DNA of 64,000 nt. It comes from Monocercomonoides exilis PA203. Its lineage: Eukaryota > Protista > Preaxostyla. Below the pieces are notes generated by a model. It saw nothing but the letters and a program-made list of their open reading frames with translations, was not told the origin of the DNA and did no database searches. Of the stretch, positions 1 to 14,600 are shown piece by piece. The first letter of the stretch is position 1. Every line of letters starts with the position of its first letter. Location of the stretch: positions 34,983 through 98,982 of the forward strand of contig LSRY02000077.1 of the NCBI GenBank assembly GCA_001643675.2. The letters run 5' to 3'. Both the position numbers and the translations under genes were made by a program.

Positions 1-1910
1 TGTTGTTCCAGTGTTTGTAGTATTTGTAGTAGAAGGAGCAGCAGCAACAGAAGAAGAAGAAGAAGAAGAAGAAGAATTCAATCGCACAAACTGCTGTCCA
101 TTTGCTCCTTTCTGAAGAGCACGCCTCTGCCCAGCTGCGTTTCTCAAGCGCAGTGGCTGCTTCGGAAGAGCCTTTGGCTGTGTCTGGCGGAGAGGTAGGG
201 ATGTTTGCTTAACTGATTGCGCTGTTGATGATGTTATTGATGGTGTTATATTCGTATTTGTGTCTGTGTTTGCATTTTTGTTAGTATTTGTGTTTGGTGT
301 GGAATAAGATGAGGAGGAAGCTGTTGGGAATGCGATGGAAGTGGCAGCTGCTCCGACGATTCCAACAGACATTCCTGTTTGTGCCTGAGGAAGAGTCGAG
401 GGCTGAGCAGATGGATGAAGAGAAGTCTGGTTTGTGTGAAGTGAAGAAGAAGAAGAAGACAAAGAAGAAGGAGGAATTTGATGTTTTGTTGATGGTATTG
501 AAGATATTGCAGTTGTATTCTGTTTTGGATATACTCCAATGGCAGCTTGTGGAGCAACCTCAGAACTCTGTTGAACTGTCTGCATTTGCCCTTGCATTTG
601 TGTCTGTATTTGCGTCTTTGTTTGAGGGTGAGTCTGAAGATGAGGTTGAGATTGAATATGAGATTGAGGATGATGCTGAGGGTGCTGCTGCATGTGTGGA
701 TAGAATTGATGTGAGATGCCTGCCATCTGAGGGAATGCAGAAGATGTCTGATTGGCTGGGATTTGTGCATTCGATGAAGAAGCAACAGAAGAAGAAGAAG
801 CATTTGAAGAAGATAAAAATGAGCTAGTTGCTGTCTGGAAAGGGTTGGCAGTGTCAGCTCCTTCATTTTGTTGTGACGTGAAAGCAGAAAAACTTGACTC
901 GGTTTGTCCAAATGGCTGATGCAGCATATTGGACTCTTGGTGCTGCTGCTGCTGCTGGGGTTGATGTAATGTGGCAGGAGAAGAATGAATGGCAGGAGAG
1001 TTGATGGAAGAGGAAGCAAAAGAGGAGGAAGGCGTAGGTTGTGTCGGTGCTAGTGAGGATGAGGAAGCAGCTGATGATCCTCCCAAGGAGATTACTGTCT
1101 TTTGTGAAGAATACGAAGACTGCTGAAAAGAACTTCCAGGTGTATTTGATAAGTGCTGTGTATTTGTTGGAGAATTTGGCATTTGATTGGTAGAAGATAC
1201 GGTTGGCGAAGAAAGAGAAATGAAAGTGTGATCATGAGATGTTAAATTTGCCCCTGTTGAAGCTGACTGCATTTCAGGAGTTGAAAAGGTTGAAGGCTGT
1301 GAAGTGCTTCCTTCTTCTTTTTCTTTGTCCTTTTCATTTTGAGGAATTTTAATTGTTCGAGAGCGAAGTCCTGACATTGCCCCCATCATACCTCCACTTG
1401 TAAGAGAAATAACTCTGCTTGATCTCTTAGCAGAAGGATTCAAAGAAATAACTTCAGGTTTTTGAGGTTCTTGTTTCGGAGTTGATTCAACACGAACTTG
1501 AGAGCCTTGAGGAATTTCAATTTGTTGAGGATTAAAAGTCTGTGCTGGAGTTTGAGGGCGTGAAGATCCTATTATCTGTTGTGCAACCATTGACGTTGGG
1601 GCAGTTTGTTGAGCTCCTTGAAGTCGAATTATAGTCTTCGGCTTTGTCATCATTGCATTCATTTGTTGTTCTTGAGCTTAAAATGCGAGTAAACAAAGTA
1701 ATATAACATTTAATTAATATAATCGCAATGCGTTGATAAGTTACCTATTTGTGAATATTGTTGCATGTTTTGAAGTTGTTTTTGTTGTTTTGGCAAAGAC
1801 ATTTGCTTTGCTCTTCCTTTAGGCTGTCCTCTTCGAGCAGATCCTCCTCGATGATCTTGCATTTGCCTCCTTTGCTGCATTTGTTGACCTCTTCCGCGAG
1901 TTCTGTCCAT
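1..1910 (-). CDS. Ser/Gln/Pro-rich low-complexity protein, 5' part (continues off the left edge); exon 1 1910-1745, GT-AG intron 1744-1677, exon 2 1676-<1
   Basis: ATG at 1910 (MDRTRGRGQQMQQRR). Removing the intron restores the frame (QI-AQEQQMNAMMTKPKTIIRLQG...QKTVISLGGSSAASSSS). No stop was seen in this frame, consistent with its absence from the ORF track. Confidence 0.7.
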
Positions 1911-2009
1911 GTATAAGACCTATAAGGACAGAAATTAAACGCTTAATAGAAAAGTGATCAAATAAACCATTTAAAATTATTCTTCTTTTCTAAAAGTGAA
2001 AATAATCGC

Positions 2010-2541
2010 ATGGAAAAGGAACCAGAGAAGAGATTGATTTCAGAAAGTTTAATTTCTTATTTGTAGAAAAGATTGTTAATTTTTGTCTTCGAATATATTG
2101 GCTACACAAATTTTTTAATATTTTGCAATAAACAATTTGTACTATTTTAGTTCCATCGAATTCAAAAGAACCGGACGATCCAATGGCTCGCTATCGTGAA
2201 AACATGTTGCCTCCATCTTCAGCGTTAAGTCGTGCAAAAGCATTTTTGCCATTGCTTCAATCTTCGAATCAAGAGTTGGAAAAAAAACTTATATCCGGAG
2301 AGGTGAAAACGGAAGATCTTGATCCTGAAAATGTTGATCCAAATAGCGAATTTGTTGTAGAAATGGTTTGTGAGTTTTTATTTTATTCGAATTTTAATAA
2401 ATGTTTTTTTTTTTTTTCCTGAAGGATTTGGCACTTGGAGTTTTCGAAAAGGCTCCAGAACAGAAAGAAAAGAAAATTGTAATACCTGGATTAACAGATA
2501 AATCTGATGGAAAGAAACCTTCAATTCAAGAACTTAAGTGA
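2010..2541 (+). CDS. DUF4598 / C12orf45 (NOPCHAP1)-like small protein; exons 2010-2046, 2151-2365, 2425-2541
   Basis: Spliced product MEKEPEKRLISEIPSNSKEPDDPMARYRENMLPPSSALSRAKAFLPLLQSSNQELEKK...FVVEM-DLALGVFE...KKPSIQELK*. The motifs SALSRxxAFLP..N, EMDLxLGVxE and PxIQEL match my recollection of DUF4598. Both introns are GT-AG and in frame. Confidence 0.7.
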
Positions 2542-3024
2542 TTTGTAGAAATTTTGTTAATTTTTTTATTCATTTCACTTTTAAAAAAATACATTTCACA
2601 AAATTTGAGTAAATGATAAATTGTTGTATTTAAAATGGTATTGATGTTAGTCTCATTTTATTTTCAAGTTCGAAATAAGTGTCTAACATTTTTATTTCAC
2701 ATTGAGGTATTTCAAGGTTTTTCAATCTTTATCTAAAATTAAAAAATAGCTCATATTTGAACTTTTTGTGTTTGTTCTGTCTTTCTGTCATTATAGAGCG
2801 AAGTTACAGTCCACCTTATTATAGATAAATATGGAAAAAAACAAAAATAAAAGCGATCCCAAAACAAAGAACTCTCAGAAGAAATAGCCGATAAGTAGTA
2901 CAAGTCCATCAAACTCAGCCAATCATACCATCAAAGTGATAACTCAAGAAAGAAACACCCAACACACAATACACAACACACAGCACTCCACCACACAAAT
3001 ATATCCCCCTTATTCTTCAATGGC

Positions 3025-6000
3025 TCATTTGAAGAATCCAGCAAACGGGTCTTGCTGCTGTTGTTGTGTTTGTGTCTGTCTTTGTTGAGCAAAGTGTATC
3101 TGAGCAGCAGAATTTGAAGGAGAAGCCATTGGAGTTCTGTTGAATGGAGCTGAAGAGACAGCTGGATTGTATTGTGCACTGTACATTGGCTGCTGCATGG
3201 CGCCTGGCACAAATGGGACAGCAGCAACAGCAGCGGAAGAAGGAGAAGGAGAAGGCGAAGGAGAAAAGAAGGAAGAGAGGAAGTCAGTGGAGACAGCGGC
3301 TTTGGCTGGTTTGTTGTCTAAAACAAGATCTTCATCGTCGTCTGTGACTGCATTTGTGGTCATATTCATGTTCATGTTTGAGGCTGAAGCAACACTTGAA
3401 TTTGATCCAAATGCAAAGGCAGGAATAGAAGAAGAAGAAGGAGAAGGTGAAGAAGAAGCAGGAGAAGGAGAAGGAGAAGCATTCATTGGGAACATTGGAA
3501 TAGAAGATGTTTGAGGAGATGGCTGTGAAGGTGCCATTGCAACAGGCTTTGCTGTTTGTGCAGAAGAAGGTGCTGTTGAAGGAAAGGAGAAGAAAGAGGC
3601 GAAATTGGAATTAGCTGAAGAAGAAGAGGAGGAGGAGGAGGAAGGAACTTGACTGATTGGCTGCAGCTGCTGAGAAAGAGGAGGAGAAGGAGAAGAAGAA
3701 GAAGAAGAAGACAAAGAAGAAGATGATGTTGTTGTTGTAGATGGAGCTGGGGATGTTGTTGGAGAAGAGAAGAAGAATGGAACAGAAGCAGAAGCAGAAG
3801 CAGAAGCAGGGGAAGATGTTGATGGTGCTGTTGAAGAAGGCGAAGGCGAAGGAGAAGAAGAGAAGAAGGAAGGAGAAGACGTTGGAGCAGGAGAAGAATG
3901 CTGGGAAATGTGACTCAATTGCTGTGTGTTAGAAGGAGTAGAAGAAGAAGAAGAAGAAGAAGAAAAGAAGGAAGGAGAAGCAGAAGCAGAAGGATGAGGA
4001 GAAGGAGAATGAGAAGAAGAAGAAGATGATGATGATGATGATGATGATGAGTGAGGTTGAGTTCTGTTTGTGATTGGGGCAGACAAGTCATCTAAATGGC
4101 CGTGTTGTTTGCGCTGTGCTATTCTTTCCAAGTCAGCCATGGAGAGCTCAGAGGGAAGGGGGGGACGCACACGCTGAGGGAGGGAGAGTGGAGGAGAGAG
4201 AGAAAGAAGGAAAGAAGGAAAGAGAAAGAGAAAAAATAAATAAATAAATAAAATTTAGAAGATGAAGAAGAAAATGAAAAATATTAATATTTTCATAACA
4301 AAAATGTATCGCAGTTATTTTAAAAAAAGAATTTTTTTCAAAAAAAATACTGTAAATAAAACAGAATTAAATCAAAATTATACCGTTTGCTTCTTTTGTG
4401 CAGGTTTTGAAGCCATCTGCAGATGTTTTGGAGTGACAGTTGGTGGAAGTGGAGTGGGAGGACGCTGAAGATAACAAATATAATTGAGAGAATAAAACAA
4501 ATAATTATGAATAAATGTTTGTTTAATAAATATGTTTATTTAGAATAATCACAGAAACATGAATATATTCAATGTTAATAACACCAAAACGATTATTAAA
4601 GAACAATATATATCTAACATATTTCTCATTCTATTTATCATTCATTCATTTCATTCACTCCTTCCCTCCTTCCCTCCTTCCCTTTCTCGCACAGACCGGC
4701 AGATCGCTTGGATACTCCTTCCCCATCATCGTCTTCACTCTCCACAGCACTTGCATTGCAGTTGGCCTGTGCTCTGGGTCTGGCTCAAGCATAAAGTCAA
4801 TCAGCGACAGAAGCTCAGGCGTGTACATTTCACGTGGCACTGGGGAATGTGTGGGGTGGTTGGGTTAAAAAAAGGGGAGATATAAAAAGTAAAAATTAAT
4901 GTGTGTATATGAATATGAAAATGAAGATAAAAAAAAATATGAAAAATTTCGAAATATTTATGTTTAAAAGAATCGGATGAGTGTGTATTTATTTTTATTT
5001 AATTGGGTTTTATCTAACTTAAATGCAACAACTTCCTTCTTGCAATCCATATGTTAAAAGCAATTTCTTTTCTTTCATTGTCAATTTTCTTTTCGTTTTT
5101 ATTTCTCTCCCTAATTTTCAAAATCACACTCACATACTTCCCATCTTCCCGTCTTTGCTTCTGGCTGCACTGAGCCTTTCTCGTTCGCTCTTGATCCACT
5201 CTTCTTCTGTCGGGTAGCTGTATGACAGATTCAAAATAGCCAAATTTCCTCCCTTTTCAAACGGGTTCTCGTAGAAGCACATCCCGTAAAGGAGACATCC
5301 CAGCGCCCAAATATCGCCTTTAAGTCCGATCTTCTGCTTCCGGAACAGATCTGTCATTTCAGGTGCCTTGTAGCAAGGAGTCGTGAATTTTTCAATGCGC
5401 TCAGAAAGCGAGTTTCTCTGTGATGGAGTCATCGAAGCAACATCAAACTCTTCTGTCGTGCAACTTCCAAAATCGCCAATTTTGTATAATGTATCATAAG
5501 AATGAAATACGTTTTCAATCTTCAAGTCTCTGTGTGTAATTGGAGGATTTCTCGTGTGAAGGTACACGACACCTGACACAATCTGTTCAAAAATGCACAA
5601 AATTTGTAATTCTGTCAAATGTGTTGTATCGGCAACACTGTTCATTTCGGAAACGAGGGTTGCTGGGCAATACTCCAACAGCAATAAGTACTCGCGATTG
5701 TATGTATCAACCTGAACGCATTCTGAATAAAGCAGCTGAAGAATATTCGGATGTTTCAATGATTTCTATAAAAATCAAAATAAATTTCGAACAATATATG
5801 AGAAACGTTAAGTTAAATTCAAGCCATCATATTTATCTCGTGCTCACAGCTCGCAATAGCTTCTCTTGTTGAAGCTGCCATTCGTTTTAAAGCATATTGC
5901 TTTCCTGAATATCAAAGCGAATTCATCAAAATATTTCTCAAAAGAAAACGCAATACCAGAGTTAATATCTTTAACAAGGTCTACAAATGAAAATCCACCT

Positions 6001-6161
6001 AAAAAAACATAAATTTAATCTGTTCAAGCATATAATTATTATTTAATACCTTCTCCAAGTTTCTTCTGGACCTGAAGGGTGTAAGGTCCCAAAGAAAATG
6101 TTTCATTTAATGTTGTTTGAAAGGAATCGGCTATCTTTGAAAAAAAAGTCTTGATGCTCAT
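3025..6161 (-). CDS. NAK-family Ser/Thr kinase (AAK1/BMP2K/GAK/Ark1-Prk1-like), multi-exon, with long Ser/Pro-rich tail
   Basis: ATG at 6161 (MSIKTFFSKIADSF), LGE-GGFSFV across an intron, HRDLKIEN, IGDFGSCT, TTPCYKAPEMTDLF, DIWALGCLLY, FMLEPDPEHRP. The C-terminus QQQQQDPFAGFFK* carries a DPF adaptor-binding motif. Confidence 0.85.
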
Positions 6162-6679
6162 TTATCAAGATTTTTATGCAATTTGATCAAAATTCCCAAC
6201 ATTGAATAAAATTTGAATTGATTTTTTGCTAAAAAAAAGGAGATGAAGAAAGTCGAATGCTCATGTTCAACAATGAAAAAAACAAACGAAATCTTTCATT
6301 TTTCCAACAACTTTATTTTATTTTTTTTAATTTTATTTTATTTTATTTTATTTTATTTTATTATATTTTATTTTTTTGTTTTGTTTTGTTTTGAATTTTG
6401 TTTTCAGCTTTTAAATAGTATTCAAAGTCATTATTCTTAAAAGAAAATTACTCACAACATAATTCTAAGGAGGTAGGTTAGAAGGAGTGCATGAATATTA
6501 TTAAAAGACAAATGATAGTTTTTATTTTGGAAAATGAAAAATTGGTGTGTGGATGGTTTGATAACTCTTTTGTCATTCTATAAATAAACGAATAAGATAT
6601 CATAATGTCCACAAAGTTTTCTTAGATTCAAAATCTTATCATTTATTGCGAATTAACTTTTTAATAGGAAAAATATATG

Positions 6680-6883
6680 GCTGATCCTTTCTGTAATCAC
6701 ACTTTTGTTCGAATTTTGATCACAGTTTTTATTTCGATGAGATTTTTGTTAAAATTTTGTTTCTGCAATAACAACATCATGAACAACGTGTATTATCAGT
6801 CCAAGTTCTTTTTTTCAAAATCCCATTGAGATAATAATTTTGATCAAAACTCGAACAAAAGAATGATTTCAAAAAGGATCAGC
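6680..6883. mobile_element. MITE-like element / long imperfect inverted repeat (67-bp arms, 70-bp spacer)
   Basis: 6680-6746 matches the reverse complement of 6817-6883 at 56/67 positions by hand alignment, without gaps. The region is non-coding. Confidence 0.55.
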
Positions 6884-7165
6884 AACATAAACTATTTAGT
6901 ATATTTTTTTTTATTATTGAAAAAATGATTGTGCATATTTGTTTATATAAATCAGAGAATAATGAAAAATTACAACAAGATATTAATTGCATTTTTCAAC
7001 CAAAAGAGTGAGTAACATTCTTTCCTCAAATTCAAAACGATGCAATAATTTTCTGGTTTACATAAGCACTTTTGTTTGAAAACATCTGACTGGAATAATT
7101 CAAAAAATAGTTGTTAATTATACTTGAAAATAATTTCTTATCAAATGTTATGAAGAAAAATCTTT

Positions 7166-7212
<47 letters not shown>

Positions 7213-8624
7213 TACCCAACGATGAAATATTTCGATTTATTTTTTTCACTATTCTGAAATTTCAAAAAATGAAAATCTCTTTTGTGCACTATTTACTATT
7301 TAAAATTGTTTATCTTATAAGTGGAAAAATCTCACTTTAAGCATTTTCATTAATTAATTGTGAACTTTTGTTTTATTATTTATGATTAAATAATTCAAAC
7401 AAAACGTGTTCATTTTTTTAAAGTGCTTGTGAGGAAACAATAAATATTGCAATAACATCAATAATGAAAGAATACGGATAAAAAAGTCCAATTCATTTTG
7501 AACTCTGAGTAAGTTATAAAAAATTATGAGCAAAACAAGTATTTATTGTTATTCGCAAAGAAAAGCTTGAAAGTTCGTATTTTCCCGCTATTATACAAAA
7601 TTTGACAACTTATTGTTCAAAATTAATCGAAATAAAGTTATTTTTTGCGTTCAATAAAATAAAATTAGTAATTAAAATGTTTGATTATTTTTGAAGTTAT
7701 ATTTTTTCATTCAAAATTTTTGTTTCAAGAATTTCCTTTGAACATAAATTCATTTTCACTGCAGAGTGAATAGGCTCAATAAAGACATTTGAATATTGAT
7801 TTCAGCTGATTCACTTAATTTTTAAACAGTTGTAATAAATCTAGCATTTGAATTCAAAAGCTCTTTTCAATGACATAAAAATTTTAAAAAGTCTGCAACC
7901 CGAAAAAAGTTATGATTACAAAAATAATCACCCAAATAATACTTTTTTCAAACAAAATAATAATATTTGCATTCGAATTAATAATTGTTTTAAACAAAAC
8001 ATAATTTAATTTACTCTCTCTCACAAATTTTTGTGAAGATGATTTTTTCACTTTTGAATAGGAAATTATTTTGTAATGTTATTAATTTTTTTATGCAATA
8101 GATAATATTTTGAAAAATTTTATTTTTACCTGAAAATTTCAATAATTACAAAAAATTTTAGTTCAAATTAAAATATAAGATATTTTTATTTCGAATCCAA
8201 ATTTATTAATTCGTTTGCAAAATTATAAATTCGATTACAAAAATACTCATTTCGAGTAATTTAAGGTGTATAATTTTTATGAAATGAAGAAAAATGTAAA
8301 GATATTTGTGCAACATTGCATTTTTCACTTGATCCCTGCTTCATCTTGTGATTATTTAAGATAATTGAAGTTTGCTGACAATTCAAAGAATTGGGACAGA
8401 ATTCTCACAATTATGAAAAATACAATGAATTGTTCCAACCTTTTTCTGCTATTGAATGATTATTATTCTAACATTATCGTGCAATATTAAATATAAAAAT
8501 ATAAAAAATTAAAAAAAATCTTTGAAAGAACTGTGTGGAACAAAATTCATAAAATAAAAAATTTCGTCCCAATTAACCTTTTATGCCATTATAATTAATA
8601 ATTGTTTTGTGAATTTTGAAGGAT

Positions 8625-11600
8625 ATGCGTTGGAGTTTCATTTTCGTTATATATTACGTATGCTTAGCTGAAGATGTTACAGATGCATACGTTTCTGATG
8701 ATGGGAATGGATTTTGTACATCGGAAGCACAACCTTGCAAAACATTTGAAGAAGCACTTGCCGCGATGGATGAATGGAACAACCACAAATTGACAATTAA
8801 TGTTGTTGGATATATCACTTTACACAGAGATGTAATATTACATGCGCTCGAGTCAGGAATGGAAATTTGTTCATCGTCGAATTCTCTTTCAAAAATAATT
8901 TTGCCTGAAGTTATAAAACACGAAGGTTCAAATTATTATCCAATTCAAAATGAAGGGTTTTTAGCGTTAAGAAATATTGATATAAATCAGCAACCAGTTA
9001 TGTATGATGAAGAAAAAAGGAAAAAGAATGGAGTTTTACATTCTCGGTATTATTTTTCCATGACGGACTGTAAATTATCATTTAATAACCCTGATGATGC
9101 AGTCATTGAAACATGCAATTTTTGTGTTGAAGGACAATTCACATTATCAAGATTAACAATAGATAAAGCAAATGGACACACATTTTCTCGATCCATGTTT
9201 GAAAGCTCAATAAATTATTGTCAAACGATAGACATCACAAACTGTGTATTTTCTGACATGACATTTAAGCAAGGACGATTCATTTCTCTGGAAAGCGAAA
9301 CGATTTCCGTGACAAACTGTAGTTTTAAAAACGTTACAAGTTTAGGAAGGTGGACATCTATCATTTTAAATAGTTGTACAGACAAAAATTCACAACTGAC
9401 ATTAATGATAGATAACATGACAGTGGAAAATGTCAATGCACCGAACGCAGAAGAAGGAGGTGGAATGGCAATTGGGCTTGATCCAGGATCCTTGTTAACT
9501 GTGAAAGGATCGCAGACGTTGTTCAAGAGTTGTGGTTGCGATACAACGAAGACAGGAAAAGGAGGAGGCATTTACGTTGAAGGAGATTTAGATGTTGAGC
9601 TGATGTTTGAAAAGGAGATCAAATTCGATGATAATCATGCATTTTTGGGTACAAACATATTTATATTCAACATGTCACTGGAAACGGTCGTTCAAAAAGA
9701 TCATTTTCTGTTTGCAGCAGATGACAACGGAGTGTTTTCTTGGAAGGAAAACGAGCTGATGGGCACCAAATACTCACCAAAAACGCAGTTTATTGAAGAC
9801 TTTTATGATTATTCTGCTGAGGATGAAATTCTGAATTTGTTCATGTTTTTAAGTGGGTTAAAGAGCAGAAATATCTATCTTTCGCAAAACGGAAAAGATC
9901 ACATTTATTGCGGATTAACAGTTTATCCATGTGAAAGCATTGCATTTAGCACTTCTCAATTTGACATAAAGAATACAAATTCTAAAACTCTTCATTTACC
10001 AGCATATAAAACTACACATTTGAGTAAAGCAGTTTTGCTGGAAAAGGAATTAAGCTCCGTGGCCTTTTCTGTTGCTGGAGTATTCAGTCAATCCAATAAT
10101 GAGCAAATGGCAGAGATAAATATAATGCAAAGTATTGAAGCGCTTTCCGATGCAGAACGTGGCAGTGTGAATTGCCATTGCACCACTTCGTTTCACTCAA
10201 TTCAGTTTGACTTGCCTGATAAGTTCATTTCAACTGCCGTTTTACCCACGTCTGTGATTAGCTGGATGTTTGACTCACATTCTGCGTATCTTTTTCTGGA
10301 CAAATGTTCAATATGTGCTCCTGAGAATGTTTTGAAGCCTTTGGAATACAGATTTTTGTGCGGAGAAGGAGGAAGCGTAAAGATTGTTGATACTCAGATG
10401 ATTGGAAAAGATGAGTCGAAGATTACGACGAGGTGGGAAGAGAGCCCTTTTCTGATTAGCAAAATGAGCGGTGATTTAACAATAAGCGGATTGACAATGG
10501 AAAGAATTGAAGTAATAGATGGAGCATGTGTGAGTGTTACGAGTGGTGGAGAAAGCAGCGAATTGAAGGTGAGCATCGCCAACTCATCTTTTAAGTCAAT
10601 CACAAGCACATGCGGGAGAGAAGGAGGCGCGTTGAGCATTAAGCTAAACGAAGAAAATGCAGCTTTTCAGTTAAAAGGAAATGACGCAACTTCTTTCACG
10701 TCTTGTGCAGCAGAAGGCTGCCAATCAAAAGGAGGAGGGCTGTTTCTCGAGATGACTGGAGAAAACTCGCTTTTTCAAGTGCCGAAGTCATCTTCTTTTG
10801 TCGTGTTTGGAAAAGGGAACAGAGCGACATTTGGAACAGGAATGTATTTTGTGTGGGATAACCTGCAGACGAAAAAAGAGGATCTTACTCCACTCGGAGA
10901 AGGTCTTACCGCAGCAGAAAACGTTGTCGCAGTGTGCGACAGAGGAGCTATGGAAAAAGAACTGGATCTGTTTGTTTATCTGAAAGTGGTTGATGACGCT
11001 GCGAAAAGCGATGAAGTGTATGCGGGAAAAAGCGACAGGGCAGAGTTGTGTCTTGTTGCTGAGTATCCGTGTCATCTTGTTTCGTCAGCGATGAAGCGCT
11101 TTGCAGCAGACGACAAACAGAAGAGAATAATTGTCTGTGGAGAAGTGGAAATTGAGACTGATCTTACTTGGGGAAGCACTACAAACAAGGAAATCGTGAT
11201 TTCTTCGCTTCCATTCAATGAAGAACTTACAAGAAACGTTAACCAGAGTCATTTTACAAATGCACAAAGCTCAAGGAAATCACAGAAAAACAATCAATTT
11301 GAAAGAAGCAGAATGGTTTTAACTGCAAATGCTGCTGTGAAAGCGCAAGGGGATGCTGCTGTTAAGAACACACACACATTAACGATTGAACACATAACAT
11401 TTCTGATTAATGAGATGAAGAGAGATTTTCATCCTTCGTGCTTAATTTCCTCTGACAACGCAATGACTGTGTCAATGCTGCAATCAACAGACAGAGAGAA
11501 TGTTTCAGAGCTTTCTAGTCAAAGCGACTGTTCTGTCTCATTGACAGATGTGTATGTATTGGGCGATGTTGGAACAGAACGGGTGACGACTTTGAACAGC

Positions 11601-14600
11601 TTGCTTGAGATTAATTCTGGAAGTCTTTTGATTTCCGGGCTGCAGATTTCGACTCAGTTTACGTTTGCCAAATCTCCAATTTCACTTGCTGATTTGTTGA
11701 TATTGGCGAAAATAACTGCACTGAAAATAGGAACAGAAGCTTCTTCCTCACCTTCTGCAGCATTTGGAGATAATAACGACAACTATCTGATTGTGCAGGA
11801 AGGTCCACTTATCGAAATTAACCGCAACACAATCAACATGAACGGAGATTTCTCTTTCATCGAGTCTGCAAATGGACCAGCGCTTATTAACATTGGAAGG
11901 GATGGGCATGCCATTGTATCGAACAGCCACATTAAGCGATGTCTCAATGGAGCAGCAAGCGATGGCAAAGGAGGAGTGTTTGGGGTGAGCTTGATTGGCG
12001 AGCTTGTACTCCGAAATACGACATTTGAAAGCTGCGGAATGAAAGGCGAAGGAGGCTGGGGAGGCGCTATTTATGTGACAGGAAGTGCTGAACTGGAGCT
12101 TCATTCGTGTATTATCAAGGATTGCTTCACTGGAAAAGGCGGAAAAGGTTGTGGAGGAGGGCTGTTCATCGATAAAGATCTCAGCGAATTTGTGAGCGAG
12201 GACACAATCATCAGCGGATGCACCACTTATGGCGGATGTGGAGGAGGAATTTATGCGAATGCGAAGGCTGAGGGAAATCTGGTTCAAGCTCAGATCAAAA
12301 TGACATTTGAAGGAAATGGGAGAGAAGAAGAGGATGCCACTGCGAAAGGGAAAGACATTTTTATAAGCGACACACATGCGACCGAGATGACAGCAGAAGC
12401 AAATCCGTTTTATTTGTGCGGCACAAGCGAAGTTGGAAGAAAAGTTTATTATTCGAACTTGGCGATTGAGCCAGCGGTGGAAAAGGAGGAGGAAGGATGG
12501 CTCGGCTACGATATCCGGAAGAGGAAAGTGAACACGAATGAAGGAACAACCGATGCGAATTGTGGATTATCCAACGAACAGCCTTGCAAAACGATCAAAA
12601 CAGCAATAGACCTGTTTCCAACACAAGTCGGAGCTGGCGATGATGCTGAGAAGACTGTTGAACTTTCTGAAGAAAGCGATGAAAGTGAGAAGGAGACGAT
12701 TCTTGTAAGCAAAAAGAAAGTTGCAATTGAAGGCAAACTAAGAGAAGATCGGAGAATTGCTTCAATAATTATCACAAACCTCGAAGTCGCAGGCACATTA
12801 TTCGCAATTGATACAGACGGTACATTGAACTTGAAGGACGTTCAAATAACACACAATTCAAAACACGAAGAGAATTGCCAGTCTTCTTTATTTCAAGTGA
12901 ATGAAGGCTCACAACGAGCGAACCTGATTCTTCAGAACATTCAGATATCGACAGAAGCAGTTTACAGCCTAAACAAGCATTTCACAGCTTCTCTTATAAA
13001 GTCTTACAGTGGAAAAGTTCGAATTTCTGATATTTCTATAAGCACATTCGGTTTGGAACAGCCGGCTATAAGCATCGTCGGTGCAACTTCTTCACTTGTC
13101 ATTGGGGGAAATACAACTTTAAAGTTCATAAGTCAGCCAACAACCGATTCACCGGCTGGCATTCTTATTAACACAGGCGATGAGCCTATTGATGTAGCAA
13201 TTGAAGGCATAAGCATTGTTGATGCAAATGCGCCTGCTTCGACAAAAGGAGGCGGCATTTGTGTTTTTCTTAGCGATGAAAGCAGCTCATTTCATCTGTG
13301 TCATGAGGAAGCAATCAGCTCAAAAGAGAAAGTTACTTTGAGCGGATGTCGAGTGTCAGGTGAAGCAGGAAAAGGAGGGTGCATTTTCCTTTCAATGAAG
13401 CAGAGTGTGGATGTGAAGTTTCCAAAGTACAAAGCAAATATCCTTTTTGACTCGGAAGGAGATGTGAAAAGCGATGCGTTTAAAGGGAAGTATTTGTTTT
13501 TTGAAGCAAAAAGCTTGTTGAACTGCATTAACAATGAAAAATTTGGCTTTTTGATCGAAGATTACGAAACATACGGCGACTGGCCAAATTTGATTGGACT
13601 CGACGAAGCAGAATTTGTGAATGAAGAAATAGAATTGTTCAGACTCATCTTTGCGACAGCTGAAAATGTTATTAAAATAAATGCGAAAGACGGCAAAGAT
13701 GTGACATGGTGCGGAGGCGAGCGAAACTGCAAGAGCTTTTCTTATGGAGTCAGTCGCTTAGATTTCGAATCTGCCAATCCTTCTCTATTTCTGTTGGGAA
13801 GTAATCCGTTTCCCGTCTCTGAGCAGCTTGTCTGCAAAGGCAGTGAAGGAAACCTCAAAATTTGTGGCGACAGTTCGTCTGACGCGAAAGCGAATCTTGT
13901 TTTTGCAGCTGAATTTTCGTTGTCTGCTAAAGAAGATGATTCGAAAGAGAGCTGCATTTTGTTTGAGTCAGGCACTGAGCTTGAAAACATCATTGCTTCG
14001 GTGCCTGAGATGTTTATGACGGACGATCTGGAACAGCCACAGGCTATTTTTGAGCTGAGAGGCACTTCTGGATGCCTGAAGCTGAACAAGGTGACTTTTA
14101 CTCAGAGGGACAGCAAAACGGAAAGGGAATTATTTGGCAGTCATATTTTAAGGAAAGACCTCTCAATGAAAACGATCCATTCAACAACTGATCTTGGATC
14201 TGAATATCGTTTGGTGCTAATAAACGACGGTTCTGCGGAATTTGTTGAGGTGAAGCTGGAAAAGCCAGAAACCAAAGATTTTTTGCTCTTTCAATCGTCT
14301 CCATTCTTCTTTTCTGTGAGCAGCGGAGGACATTGCACTCTTTCCAGCTGCACATTCAGTGGAATCAAAATTACAGTTGAAAGAGAAGCTGTTGTTGAGA
14401 TGAAGTCATGCGAAGGCGCCACAAATGGAGCAACATTTACAATCAGAAAATGCACATTTACCGAATGCGTTTCGAGCAAAGGAGTAGAAGGAGGAGCGTT
14501 GAGCATCAAGTCTTCTTTAGACACTTCCAGAATCAGATTTCTGGATGATGGGCCAACATCGTTTGCCAATTGTCAAGCAGAAGAGAATGAAGGACGTGGA

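Noticed and set aside
246-1019. 257-aa minus ORF and 179-aa plus ORF
   Set aside because: They are alternative frames of the spliced Ser/Gln-rich gene, whose real frame runs off the window.
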